A stretch of 63,812 nt of DNA, counting the filler, from Octopus bimaculoides (taxonomy: Eukaryota): the NCBI RefSeq assembly GCF_001194135.2. It is 8 parts of 7 records of this genome, joined end to end, with 100 filler letters (N's around TTAATTAATTAA, not from the genome) between each part and the next. Parts side by side here need not be neighbours in the genome. Positions count along the whole stretch, not along the records: positions 1 to 17,711 come from NC_069000.1; positions 17,812 to 27,156 come from NC_068983.1; 6 more parts are not named here. One strand, 5' to 3'. Shown here piece by piece: positions 12,231 through 24,006 of this stretch. The translations under genes were made by a program, and so were the position numbers. The stretch's first letter is position 1; each line of letters opens with the position of its first letter. The notes under the pieces were generated by a model, which searched no databases, had not been told where the DNA came from, and saw nothing but the letters and a program-made list of their open reading frames with translations.

Positions 12231-12506
12231 AGGTTAGCTGTGTTAAAGGTTAAAATAACCGTCTAAGGGATAGAAGGTATCCATTACACTACTGGTATAT
12301 TACGTACGTTTAACCATGAGTATACACATGCAAGCATATTATGCTCATGAATTATAGGTAAAGACAAAGATTAATCCACCAATTGCTATTTTTGGTGTAG
12401 TCATTTACTTAACATCCCAAAGAGATACGCAAGCAAAATGGTATGGTTACAACCATATTCAACTTTTCCTTTTTTCTTCTCTATTTCCTTCTTCTTTATT
12501 TATTCT

Positions 12507-12620
12507 TCACTCTGATGAAGCTCCGTGTTTCAGATCGGTTTCATTGCCAAATATGCTAAATATTTTTAGCATATCAATGGCAACACCATACAACATTGGA
12601 AGCAGAAACAGCTGTTAGAT
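12507..12620 (+). ncRNA. Hammerhead-ribozyme-like motif with extended stem II
   Basis: CTGATGA at 12512-12518, GAAAC-AGCT-GTT at 12605-12616, internal hairpin TGCCA-ATATGCTAAA/TTTAGCATAT-TGGCA; stem I weak. Confidence 0.4.
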
Positions 12621-12729
12621 GGGATGCAGTCTATTTGCATTGAATTAATAAATAATAATTGATGTAAGTCAATTGTTGTTCATCGATATTTCTCCATTTT
12701 CTATCTTCATCATATATATATTGGGAAAG

Positions 12730-13154
12730 GACAACATTTTATAAATAAATTTTGGAAGCATCGAATGTGCTTGGTATTTTTACAGACAAGAAAGCAAATT
12801 TCGAACGCAGTATAGCCTTGAAAACATCAGAATAACTGGGGATTTTACTAACAGATGTTGCCAACAGACGGCTACTGGACTCGAACTCCTCACATAACAA
12901 ATGAGTACTCTACCGTTAAGCGAAACGCCCTGCTGACAACAATTACCATCAAATAATAATAGCTTTTGGAATGTGACAACATTTTATAAACAAGCTTTGG
13001 AAGCGTCGAATGTGTTTGATATTTTCCAGACAAGAAAGCAAATTTCGAACGCAGTACAGCCGTGAACACAGCTGAACGATTGGGTATTGTATCTTATAAG
13101 GGTAAACTACCTAATCTTTCAGCTGTTTTCGCAGATACACTGCGTTTGAAATTT
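12730..13154. repeat. ~105-bp direct repeat (12730-12830, 12970-13075) plus ~114-bp imperfect palindrome (13041-13154)
   Basis: Shared GACAAGAAAGCAAATTTCGAACGCAGTA; palindrome centred on CTTATAAG. Confidence 0.75.
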
Positions 13155-13159
13155 ACGTT

Positions 13160-13216
<57 letters not shown>

Positions 13217-13226
13217 NNNNNNNNNN

Positions 13227-13264
<38 letters not shown>

Positions 13265-13780
13265 AAAAGATAATTTATGAGAAGATGAGTTAGTGTGATC
13301 CATGCCCTTTTCGAAAAGTATTAAGAGGATCATAAGTGAAGTGAAGTGAAATGAAAATCGCTTCAGCTTTAAATTGAAGTCTCATCTTGGTTCATCGCAA
13401 ACTTAGCCTTTCTTCTACTGCTCATTCGCCAGTCACAAAGAAATGTTAAAACATAGAAAAGAAAAAAAAAAATAACAACAATTACAAAAAAAAAAAATAT
13501 ATATAAAAACGAAAGTAAAAAAATTAGACTTTCATACTTCACTTTCCAGTAGACAGTTACACGCCTTGCTGAAAGACCTCGATAAAATTCACGCCTACCA
13601 CTTATAAATCTAAAGGTAATAAACTTAAAAGATCATAGCTAGTTTGCTCTGCTGAAACCACGGCAGAACCGAAATTGTGTGATCATAGAAACCATAAAGA
13701 TAAGTGGACCGCACCATTGAAATTTAAGTGGCTTTGCCAAGACCACAGCAGAAAGTCTGTGACGAGTATAAATCTTTAGA

Positions 13781-13980
13781 TACTGTATATTCCAGCATAC
13801 AAGTCGACATTGAATCTAGTGTAAATTTGTAAAATAAACACTGAAACATTATCACTATCTTTCCAAATTCTGTTGCATTTCACATGGAATTTTTGGTCCT
13901 CTAATGTCGTTTTGGTGTACAAGTCGACTTAGTAATCTTGGCCGTAAATTTTAGTTTGAAATTTCGTCTTATCTGCAGTA
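13781..13980. mobile_element. pogo/Tigger-like MITE remnant
   Basis: Ends TACTGTATATTCCAGCATACAAGTCGAC and TCGTCTTATCTGCAGTA resemble degenerate TA-flanked TIRs. Confidence 0.35.
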
Positions 13981-14284
13981 AATTAGGTTTGAATTTTCTT
14001 CGGCCGGTCGGACGGTACGAAAGGCTTCTGAGAAAAGAGGAAAACATGAGAATATCATGAATTCACTAACTTAAAATAATGCTTAATAATTCTCCGAATA
14101 TTTTAAATAACATTTCCTTCAAGAAACAGAATATCATCGATGAATATTCACAGACTATTTCGGGCCTTGTGCCTTGGGTAGAAAAGAATATTGAAGAAAA
14201 TCCCCAAATATTGAAGAAAAGAGACTGACTACATCGCGTGTTTGAAACGGAGAGAAGAAGAATTGTTGCTGATGTAAATAATGG

Positions 14285-14535
14285 TAAAGTTTCCTTCTCG
14301 AGTCCTACTGACTCATAAGGGTTGGTTTCCCGATTTCCATGGCATTTGTATTCCTCACCTGGAAGGGACGCTAGTCTGTTGCAGGATTACTCACTTTTGT
14401 CAGCTGAGTGGACTGGAACAACTTGAAATAAAGTATTTTGTTCAAGAATACAACGCGTCGCCCGGTCCAGGAATCGACACCACAATCTTACGATCATGAA
14501 TCCAACACCCTCACCACTAAGCCACGCGCGTCCAC
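14285..14535 (-). mobile_element. tRNA-derived SINE (head related to family C)
   Basis: Minus strand GCGCGTGGCTTAGTGG..GTCGATTCCTGGACCGGGCGACGCG. Confidence 0.75.
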
Positions 14536-14877
14536 TGATGTAACTGATAAGGTGGATGCCATTAATGACGACGATGATAAGTAGTTGTGGTAGTGATTGA
14601 GATGGCTATGATGGCGGTAATCATAGGGGTGGTAGTGGTGGTAGTGGTGGAGATGGTGGTAATTTGTTGGTTGTAATACAGATTCATTCAGTTGAATCTC
14701 CCCTCATATAAAATCGGCTGCTCTACTTAAATTGCGTGATAGTCACGTCATTCATAGTGAAATTGAAATAGTATAAGGTATTCCCAACAGTACCTATGGC
14801 ATTCGTTCTTGAGGTGGGCTCTAATTTATCATCTTCCGTTCCGGTCCTTCCTTCCTTCCTTCCTTCATTTCTTCATT

Positions 14878-14913
<36 letters not shown>

Positions 14914-15021
14914 TCATTTTCTTGTACAAAATCACGAATTATTTCCCAGTTGACATGAATGATTATGTCAGGTTTCACGAACAATAAAGACAGTAGCACG
15001 GAAACAGAGGACAAAGTCGTT

Positions 15022-15066
<45 letters not shown>

Positions 15067-15354
15067 TGCATATACATATGTATATATAAATATATACGCA
15101 CACATACATATACATGCATGTATACAGATGTCATTGAAATGGTTGAGATTTTGACAGAAATTTAAGTAAATATCTACCATCTATTTGACTGCTGGTGTCA
15201 GAATAGTGACAAATGCTGGTTCTTTCATAGTCTGAAGCAATTGTAAAGACCCTTTCTCACCCAAGTAAAAGTTTAGTATTCCGGGTTGTTTTCCTGCTGT
15301 GTCTTCATTGTAAACGAAAGCCAACAGCGTATATAAATGTCAGTGTTACGTATG

Positions 15355-15386
<32 letters not shown>

Positions 15387-15399
15387 TATATAAATACAA

Positions 15400-15451
<52 letters not shown>

Positions 15452-15468
15452 GTTTATGTATACAAACA

Positions 15469-15500
<32 letters not shown>

Positions 15501-15619
15501 TGATTGCTTACATGCACGTGCGTGTAAACATGTGTAAGCGAATGCGCGTATATATTGTATAAGTCAATAAGTCATCGACAGAGTACACATGGAAAACTTG
15601 TCTGACGTGTTTGTGTGAG

Positions 15620-15665
<46 letters not shown>

Positions 15666-16004
15666 TTTTTTCTTCAATAAATATGGAGACAACGTTATCA
15701 CTGAACTGCCAAGTTCCCAGACTAATGGATGCTGAGTGTTGGATTTATGGTTATGATTTAGTACGTACGTGCATTTCGAATTCTCTATGCACGTACAAAG
15801 AAAGGCATTTATGTAGTGCAGCCAAAAGTGACACGAGACACTAATCATTAAGCGACATAAATCAATCAGGCTGTAGCACTAAACATATTCTATTTCATAA
15901 CATCGAAGCAAACGTTACAGAATTTTTGTTACGTGTACAACGTGTGCACGTAACATCGACTAAAGTCAAAAGTATTTGTCATTGTAAAACTGAAACATTG
16001 AGGC

Positions 16005-16175
16005 GTGCTTAGCGGTATTTCTTTTAGCATTTTACGTTCTGAGTTCAAATCCCGCTGATGTGAATTAGCCTTTTAGTTTTGTCGTGGTCGATAAAATGAA
16101 CACCAGTTGAACTGTAGAGCCGATGAAATCGACTATTCGCTCTCCTCAAAAGTGTTGGTCTTGTGCCCAAATTAA
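16005..16175 (+). mobile_element. Degenerate SINE family A
   Basis: GCTTAGCGGTATTT..GTTCTGAGTTCAAATCCCGC..GGTCGATAAAATGAACACCAG. Confidence 0.7.
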
Positions 16176-16220
16176 GAAGATATATAAATTGAGACATGCG
16201 AGGAATGACTGAGACAGAAC

Positions 16221-16581
16221 TGTTGTTGTTGGCACTCCGTCGCTTACGACAACGAGGGTTCCAGTTGATCCGATCAACGGAACAGCCTGATCGTGAAATT
16301 AACGTGCAAGTGGCTGAGCACTCCGCAGACACGTGTACCCTTAACGTAGTTCTCGGGGATATTCAGCGTGACACAGTGTGACAAGGCTGACCCTTTGAAT
16401 TACAGGCACAACAGAAACAGGAAGTAAGAGTGAGAGAAAGTTGTGGTGAAAGAGTACAGCAGGGTTCGCCACCATCCCCTGCCGGAGCCTCGTGGAGCTT
16501 TAGGTGTTTCGCTCTGTGAATCGAAACCGCGATCCTATGACCGCAAGTCCGCTGCCCTAATCACTGGGCCATTGCGCCTCC
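16221..16581 (-). mobile_element. SINE family C, full length, (CAA)n tail
   Basis: Minus strand starts GGAGGCGCAATGGCCCAGTG; ends GACGGAGTGCCAACAACAAC. Confidence 0.9.
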
Positions 16582-16840
16582 TGAGATAGATCTACAATGG
16601 ATTGAATGCAATATAACACTTGGTGTCGGCTCTCTACTTTCAGGGTTCAAATCCACAGCGACCCAAAAATTTCACAATTCATTCATTCACTTATGTTCAA
16701 TAATTTTCTTTTTTCAAATTCTAGTAATGTTCCATCAGTTCCATCGATTGTGCCAATTCGTTACAAAAATAAATAATAATAATGATATTGAAGAAATCAA
16801 TCTAAGAATGAGTGTGTGTGTCTGTGTGTGTATATTAAAT

Positions 16841-16876
<36 letters not shown>

Positions 16877-17381
16877 AAAATATATTCGCCAATGAGTACA
16901 AAAATATGACAACACGAGAGGAACAAGATTTAACAAATGTTGTTTCAGTTTAACATTTATGACGAACAGTGTCTTGACGTTTTGGATGTTAGTCCTTCAT
17001 CAGATAAGATTTAAGAATGAGGAAGTTGGTGTAAGAAATAAAAAGAATGAGAAAAAAGTGGTTGGAAAAAAGGGGAAAGGGTTTAGGGGCCGGGTAGGGA
17101 GGAGGAGGGAGAGTAATGTGTGCATGTATAGGAAATATTCTTTTATCAAGATAGTCATAGGGGAAGGAGTGTGTAATTTTTAGTGTGTGCAGGTGTGTGG
17201 AGGCGAGCAATGATGAAAAACAACTGTATAAATAGAGAAAAATATATGAAAAGTAAAATGATGATACTGGAAGCATATGTATAGGTATACATAAATATTC
17301 ACGTGTGTGTATGTGTGTTTGTTTGTATGGGGAACAGCTAGGGTGGAAGTTTGCTCCACCAACAAGCTGTTTTATCCTTAG

Positions 17382-17433
17382 AATCAACGGAAAACTTCAA
17401 TCTATTCGGCGTTCAAAAGCCGTCTCCTTTTAG
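17382..17433 (+). CDS. Candidate 52-nt orphan exon, product unknown
   Basis: TTTTATCCTTAG acceptor, AG|GTAAGA donor, two open frames; no recognisable domain. Confidence 0.25.
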
Positions 17434-17679
17434 GTAAGAGTAAGATTCACACCCCATATTTAGATTCTGTTGATTGATTAGTTTTTCACAAAGTCGGACA
17501 TTTTAAGGGTTCTTTTCTCTATTCTTTATTTCCTCCTTTCTTCTTTGTTCCTTAATTTTTTTTTTTTTTTGTGAAACTTTTTGGCTTCGTGGTTTATCTC
17601 TAATAAATCACTAATTTACGAATGAATGTGTGTGTGTATATGTGTATGTGTGTATGTATGTATATGCATGTATAGATAT

Positions 17680-17711
<32 letters not shown>

Positions 17712-17811
17712 NNNNNNNNNNNNNNNNNNNNNNNNNNNNNNNNNNNNNNNNNNNNTTAATTAATTAANNNNNNNNNNNNNNNNNNNNNNNNNNNNNNNNN
17801 NNNNNNNNNNN
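17712..17811. other. Artificial scaffold spacer
   Basis: 44 N + TTAATTAATTAA + 44 N. Confidence 0.97.
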
Positions 17812-18003
17812 GTAAGTAAACAGGTCAATCATTCTAACAAACTTGTGGATATATTGCCTGAAAGTTGTGGTCCATGGTGAAAGAATTGTAAAGAAATTGA
17901 TTTTAGAATGTAACTTTGGTCATCAAATACATTGATTTTCTGAGTAACTGCTCAGAGATAATTGTTTTAACTACTTAAATCACACATTTTCCATTAATTT
18001 CAG

Positions 18004-18123
18004 TCTGGAATGCTTCCTGTAATTTTCGTGAAGACACTTGCAATTATGATATTGATTCTACATATTCAAGGTACGGCTGGAGAACGAGCAGGTTGTCTGG
18101 ACTAAGTGACCGTTCAGGTTCTG
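18004..18123 (+). CDS. Internal exon, MAM-domain N-terminal part
   Basis: TTTTCCATTAATTTCAG acceptor, G|GTAATT donor, 120 nt phase 1-1; (V)WNASCNFREDTCNYDIDSTYSRYGWRTSRLSGLSDRSGS(G) fits CxF...C...W...DxxxxG. Confidence 0.7.
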
Positions 18124-19094
18124 GTAATTAGCTCTCTTTTCTTTATCATTATTTCAAGTAGAAATCGTATTCAAAATTTGAATTACTATTAAAGAATTAC
18201 AGGAACTTCTATTTCCATATCTACAAGAAATCGTTTACATATTCTGGCAGAACTCTTTTCCAAATACCGGTAATTTTGCGATTCTCTGAGTATGAAATTC
18301 AAATCTCACCAAGATCAAATTTGTCGATCGTGTAAAGTCGATAAATAATGTACCCGTCTTGATAATCAGAATAATTATAACTGTAAGTTTGTTCCATTCG
18401 TTTGTATTACCCAAGGGAAATAACCTATCTGGATAAAGGAAGTAGTTAAGGAATAGTGTAGTACGTACTCGGTGCAAACACTGATATACTAGCGATGTGA
18501 TATCTGGCAGATTACAAGAGAATCATAACTTCATATACGCTAAATAGATATGAATAGTCAATAGTAAGAACATCCTCAACTACTCACATTCTTCATTAGA
18601 TGTTTTTTCATAGTTTGTTTCCTAGAGCATCACATTAGTGTTGGAATTGTGTAATAGTAATAAAAGTATAGAAGTAGTGGTCTTTGCTGATGCAACCAAT
18701 TCCAGGATGTTATCCTATGTTAAAGTCATTGGCAATAGTATTATTTAAAATTCATATTGATGACCACTAAGTTGAGTTGAAATTAGCATCACGTGCAATT
18801 TTGAAACATAACGCAACACGTGACGTGTTCATGGCAGTACACAATGACATTGAAAACAGAGCAATCGAGCACTGTGGCAGGCTGCTGGCACTCTTCAAAG
18901 TTTATGAATGCTTCTAAACAAATCATGCCAATCATTCTAAGATGTCTTCTTTCTACCCTGTGAAGTACCACATCTATGATGTCTGCTCATCCAGAGATTA
19001 TATAAGCCCAATGTCCAGTCTTGCATCTGATTTATAGTAGCAGCTCTGGAAAATCTATCTTCCTAATCATTATCAACTTACAGTCATCGTGGCT

Positions 19095-19416
19095 GGTTTC
19101 TCAGGTTACCTCTATTTCCAGGTCTTTGTATTTTGAAAGTTTCTCCATTTCTTTTAGGGAAACGTTGTCATCTGCTGGTATTCATACATCAATTAGAAAG
19201 CATATTTTTTTCATGACCTCTGACAACTATATCTGGCCTATTGGCCTTAATTTCTCTATCTGTGTGTATTGGTATATCCCAGAGTATGGTTGCTTTCTCA
19301 TTTTCTGTGTCTTTTTCTGGCGTGTGCTTATACCATCTTTTTTTCTGTTGTTATTCCAGTGTTGGCATAGCTTCCAGTGTATATAGGTCCCAGCTCTGTC
19401 GTGTCTGTGAATATAT
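19095..19416 (-). mobile_element. R4/Dong-like non-LTR retrotransposon fragment (REL endonuclease)
   Basis: WYKHTPEKDTENEKATILWDIPIHTDREIKANRPDIVV..FLIDV*IPADDNVSLKEMEKLSKYKDLEIEV. Confidence 0.85.
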
Positions 19417-19466
19417 TTCTTCTTCTTCTTCTTCTTCTTCTTCTTCTTCTTCTTCTTCTTCTTCTT

Positions 19467-19591
19467 GCCTTTGCACAGCTTCTAACGCTGGAGATGTGCT
19501 ACAGTCTCAGCTGTTCATTACCAGTGAACTAAGGTAACAACTCTTATTTTTCGAGCACCTTCCAAGTATTCGAGCGGTTCCAAGTTGTGCT
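19467..19591 (-). mobile_element. R4/Dong-like extreme 3' end with (GAA)n tail (19417-19466)
   Basis: AQLGTARIL/RKVLEK* (one frameshift), then short UTR and GAA repeat. Confidence 0.65.
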
Positions 19592-20427
19592 NNNNNNNNN
19601 NNNNNNNNNNNNNNNNNNNNNNNNNNNNNNNNNNNNNNNNNNNNNNNNNNNNNNNNNNNNNNNNNNNNNNNNNNNNNNNNNNNNNNNNNNNTTCCAATAA
19701 GCCTTTATACATTTTTATTGTACAAATCCGGAGAAACTCTGATTGTCATAGTTCTAATTTCTGTTGGAGTATGTCGCACCCTACCTAACCACAGTTGTCT
19801 CTTTTGCCACCAGAATAACGGAATTAGACAATGCAAGCCAACAAAGCACTCAGCAATTACACTATGCTACTGCTCATGTTTATATTTAAGATTGTAACGT
19901 AGATCTACATACAATATGTTTATTTTTTCTAATTACATTAGATAGATAGTAGATAGAGCAGGTGTTCATGAACTCTGAAGACCTTCAAAGATTTGTAAGA
20001 TTGATGGTGATCGAATTCTATGCTCGCCCCGAAAATCTGTTGATCAGTGGTGGGAAAAATTTAGATTGTCAAGGAGACGGAATGTATGGTCTGAATGCTG
20101 ACGATAGCACCAACTCTGCTAAATGAAAGCAAGAGCGAAGTGATGTATATTAATTAGAACGACTTCTGAACATCAATGAAAGATATGGCACCAGCATTGA
20201 AAGAATATTAGATATATAATATTGAAAACCCAGATTGTTAATTTTTGAAATACTTAACTCTTAGCATTAAGATTAAATCAAACACGATATTTCTAATAAT
20301 TGTGTTATCACAAATCTTTCTTAGTATACTAATTCTCTTAATGCGCGTTGAAGATGGACGTACAAAACACATACAACGTTTATGACGTCTTCAGTATTCT
20401 TTGGTCATATATATATAGCAAAAATTT

Positions 20428-21638
20428 AGATTCAGATGAATATGGTACTTAAGTTGAGGCACCAGAATTTAGTACGGTATTATCCATACAATTTCAAAAT
20501 AAGGTGATTAAAATCAAATAAGTAACATATCCTTGTTGCTTATTTTGATTATATGTATATACATATATATATATATATATATACAAAGAATATATATGCA
20601 TGTATACACACATATATGTACATACTTACATCTACATGTGTATATAGATGCATATCAGGGTACAGGACGTTAGAACAATGAACTCCAGACAACGGAACGA
20701 ACATATAGGGAAACGGAAAGCACCTTGGAATGTTCCTTCATCAGCTGCCTCTATTCTAACCCGACGTTTCGAAGATAAGGCAGAACGTACTCTCGAATAG
20801 TCTCTTCCTGAGTAGTGGATCAACCCACTAAACAGAGGATTCCAAGGTGGCAAACACAAACCAAGACAGGAAAAATGAAAACAACATTAAAAAGCCGTAC
20901 GGCCAAACGCGAATCTGATGTAGAACGCTAGTAGTTCGTCTTGCCTTCACAGCGGCTGGAGTGAAAAGAAAGTTGACCACAGGTCACACGAGAGCAGAGA
21001 GGATGGTGGAGGGAGGAAGTGGAACAAGGAGGAAGAGACAGAAGTGTATAGCAGTGAAGTAGAAGCCAGGACAACAGAAGCGAGCAGAGCGAGAGGGGGG
21101 GATGGGTAAGAAGAAAGATAGATAGGTAGATAAATAGAGGGATAGATAGAAAGATAGAGAAAGAGAGAGGATGGTAATATCAAAATAAGCAACAAGGATA
21201 TCCAGAGGTAATGTAGTACGATCGTGTCATGCAATTCCATTTAATTGAACTGTCATTTAATTGTCTGTCTCACTCCATGCTGTCTCACTCCATGCTGTCT
21301 CACTCCAGTTTAGAAGTTCTCAACTAGAGTAAGACAGCATGTTCTTTGTCTATCTCCTTAACGTCTTGGAGATTTTAGGTATAATTGCACTATCGCGTCC
21401 ATCTGTTCTAATTTAATTAAATTCTATGTCTTTGTGCAGCTGAAGTTTGCTCTGCATTTTAAATTGATGTAATGATTGCATTGTTCAATTGAATGGATTT
21501 GCATGAAACGATCGTACTGCATTACCTCTGGATATCTTTGTTGCTTATTTTGATTTTAATCACCTTACTTTGAAGTTGTATGGATAATACCGTACTAAAT
21601 TCTGGTGCCTCAACTGAAGTACCATATTCATCTGAATC

Positions 21639-21639
<1 letters not shown>
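20428..21639. mobile_element. Fold-back/MITE with long TIRs; left arm split by an insertion
   Basis: 20428-20525 is the reverse complement of 21541-21639; 21179-21250 is the reverse complement of 21483-21555. Confidence 0.75.
20648..21130 (-). mobile_element. Penelope-like terminal-repeat remnant inside the MITE
   Basis: Homologous to 5507-5643; minus strand CGAAACGTC..CTGATGAAGG. Confidence 0.4.
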
Positions 21640-21714
<75 letters not shown>

Positions 21715-22857
21715 CACATATCTATATACCTATGTGTGTGTGTGTGTGTGTGTGTGTGATTGTGTGCATGCTTGTGTATCTATATGCATAAGGAAAAGAA
21801 TTCCTTCAAATGGGTGTGTAAAACATGCAATTCTCCGGTACGTCAGTTGAATACCACAAAAATATGTATACAATTAATAGATTAGAGACAGGTATTCTCT
21901 GTATAGAATACATTTTGCAGTACTCAAGTGATTTGAACTTGAGAAGGTAGAGGATTAAATGTAAGGACAAGCAAGTTAGGCAAGTCAATAGACAAAAAAT
22001 ATTAATACAAAAAAATACACATATGTATGCATACATATATATACATATACACACACACACACACACACGCACACATATATATGTACACACACACATGTAT
22101 ATANNNNNNNNNNNNNNNNNNNNNNNNNNNNNNNNNNNNNNNNNNNNNNNNNNNNNNNNNNNNNNNNNNNNNNNNNNNNNNNNNNNNNNNNNNNNNNNNN
22201 NNNNNNNNNNNNNNNNNNNNNNNNNNNNNNNNNNNNNNNNNNNNNNNNNNNNNNNNNNNNNNNNNNNNNNNNNNNNNNNNNNNNNNNNNNNNNNNNNNNN
22301 NNNNNNNNNNNNNNNNNNNNNNNNNNNNNNNNNNNNNNNNNNNNNNNNNNNNNNNNNNNNNNNNNNNNNNNNNNNNNNNNNNNNNNNNNNNNNNNNNNNN
22401 NNNNNNNNNNNNNNNNNNNNNNNNNNNNNNNNNNNNNNNNNNNNNNNNNNNNNNNNNNNNNNNNNNNNNNNNNNNNNNNNNNNNNNNNNNNNNNNNNNNN
22501 NNNNNNNNNNNNNNNNNNNNNNNNNNNNNNNNNNNNNNNNNNNNNNNNNNNNNNNNNNNNNNNNNNNNNNNNNNNNNNNNNNNNNNNGTGTGTGTGTATA
22601 TGTATATATATGTATGCATACATATGTGTATTTTTTTGTATTAATATTTTTTGTCTATTGACTTGCCTAACTTGCTTGTCCTTACATTTATTCCTTTATA
22701 TATATATATATATATACATTTATTCTATTTTCGCTTTTAAATATCCCTCTTACGTGAATAATTTAGCTTTTAAACAAATGAATAAAATAATACTTTTATG
22801 TATTTCTTCATAAAGGATAAGTAAATTGGATTATGTTTAATATTTGACTTTTTGCAG

Positions 22858-23001
22858 CTGTTGAATCATATTGCTCCTTTGATAGCAATACTTGTAGCGT
22901 GGCAATCAATGGTACAGATTATGTATGGAAACGTTCACTTCCTTCTTCATTCCAAAATGATGCAGGACCCAAAACAGATCATTCAACAAAAACTAGATAT
23001 G
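22858..23001 (+). CDS. Internal exon, MAM-domain N-terminal part
   Basis: TTTTTGCAG acceptor, G|GTAACT donor, 144 nt phase 1-1; VESYCSFDSNTCSVAINGTDYVWKRSLPSSFQNDAGPKTDHSTKTRY(G) has the CxF..C..W.R..GP..DH..G MAM signature. Confidence 0.85.
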
Positions 23002-23224
23002 GTAACTATTCGCCGTTTATATGATATATCACTTTGTAATTTTTCTTTCTTGTCCTTGACACAATGCTTCAGTCAGTAAGTTTACCAATCATTACACCTG
23101 GAACTTTTATTTTAGTAAATAAGTCTATTGTTCTGGGTGTGATGTGGATGATAATAGTTTTTCCTTGTTTAGAATTTAGGTTAATTATTACGAATTTATT
23201 TGATAAGATATTCTAGATACATTA

Positions 23225-23520
23225 TGTACCGTGCCGATCATGGTCAGATTGAGGCAGTTGTTATTCAGATTCAAAAGCTGTAAGCTGATATATATAGACA
23301 AAAAGTGGTTAGGTAGGAAATTTCAAGAGGTTCATATTCGGGAGATAAGGACTGAGCACTAGGAGAAAGAGACACTAATTGAGTGATGAGAGAAGTTACG
23401 CTATGTAAGACAACCGGGAGAGATCGTCAGTTAATTTCTTGTAATATGGATGGTATTAATCACAAGTTGTTAACGATTAAAAAGATGAGGTAGAATATTG
23501 TTTATTTGATATGTACAGTG
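23225..23520 (+). pseudogene. Possible decayed GIY-YIG endonuclease of a Penelope-like element
   Basis: CKLIYIDKKWLGRKFQEVHIREIR resembles CxxxYIGETxRRLxxRFxEHLRxI. Confidence 0.3.
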
Positions 23521-24006
23521 ATTGTGTCGTTGTGTTATAGAAAGATATACATTTGTCAAGTCCTCTTTAGGAATATGTTTTGAAAGTGTCTGTTCATAGA
23601 AGGCGCACATACTTAATAGTGCTAATGGGTAAAAGAAAACTTTAGGATTGGTTTTGGATAGTAGTAATTACATTAGTAATAAGCGTGAGTAAAACATATT
23701 TGTGTTGGTAGATTGTAAAAGACATTAGTAGTTGTAGTCGGTTTAAAACATTAGTATTTATAGTAAGTAAATGGTATTAGTAGCGTTAGTGAGTAAAATG
23801 CCTTTACGTGGCCGTTGGGGATAGTGAGTGAAAGCCGATAATAATTATTGTGGGTAAAATGTATTAGAAGTAGTTACGGGCAAACGACAATAGTAATGAC
23901 TGTGTGTGAAAGTCATTAGTAATTGTAATAGGTAAAATCATAAGTAACAGTTGTGAATATAGACGTCTTGTCGTAAAATGTAAAATCTATCAATATTAGG
24001 ACTCAG

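Noticed and set aside
13030-13101. 72-nt phase 1-1 exon reading DKKANFERSTAVNTAERLGIVSYKG
   Set aside because: Splice-like sites exist, but the sequence is the arm of a palindrome and its upstream duplicate has an in-frame stop
18788-18900. ITCNFET.. resembling a third MAM start
   Set aside because: Four stops within about 25 codons and the acceptor phase does not match the other MAM exons
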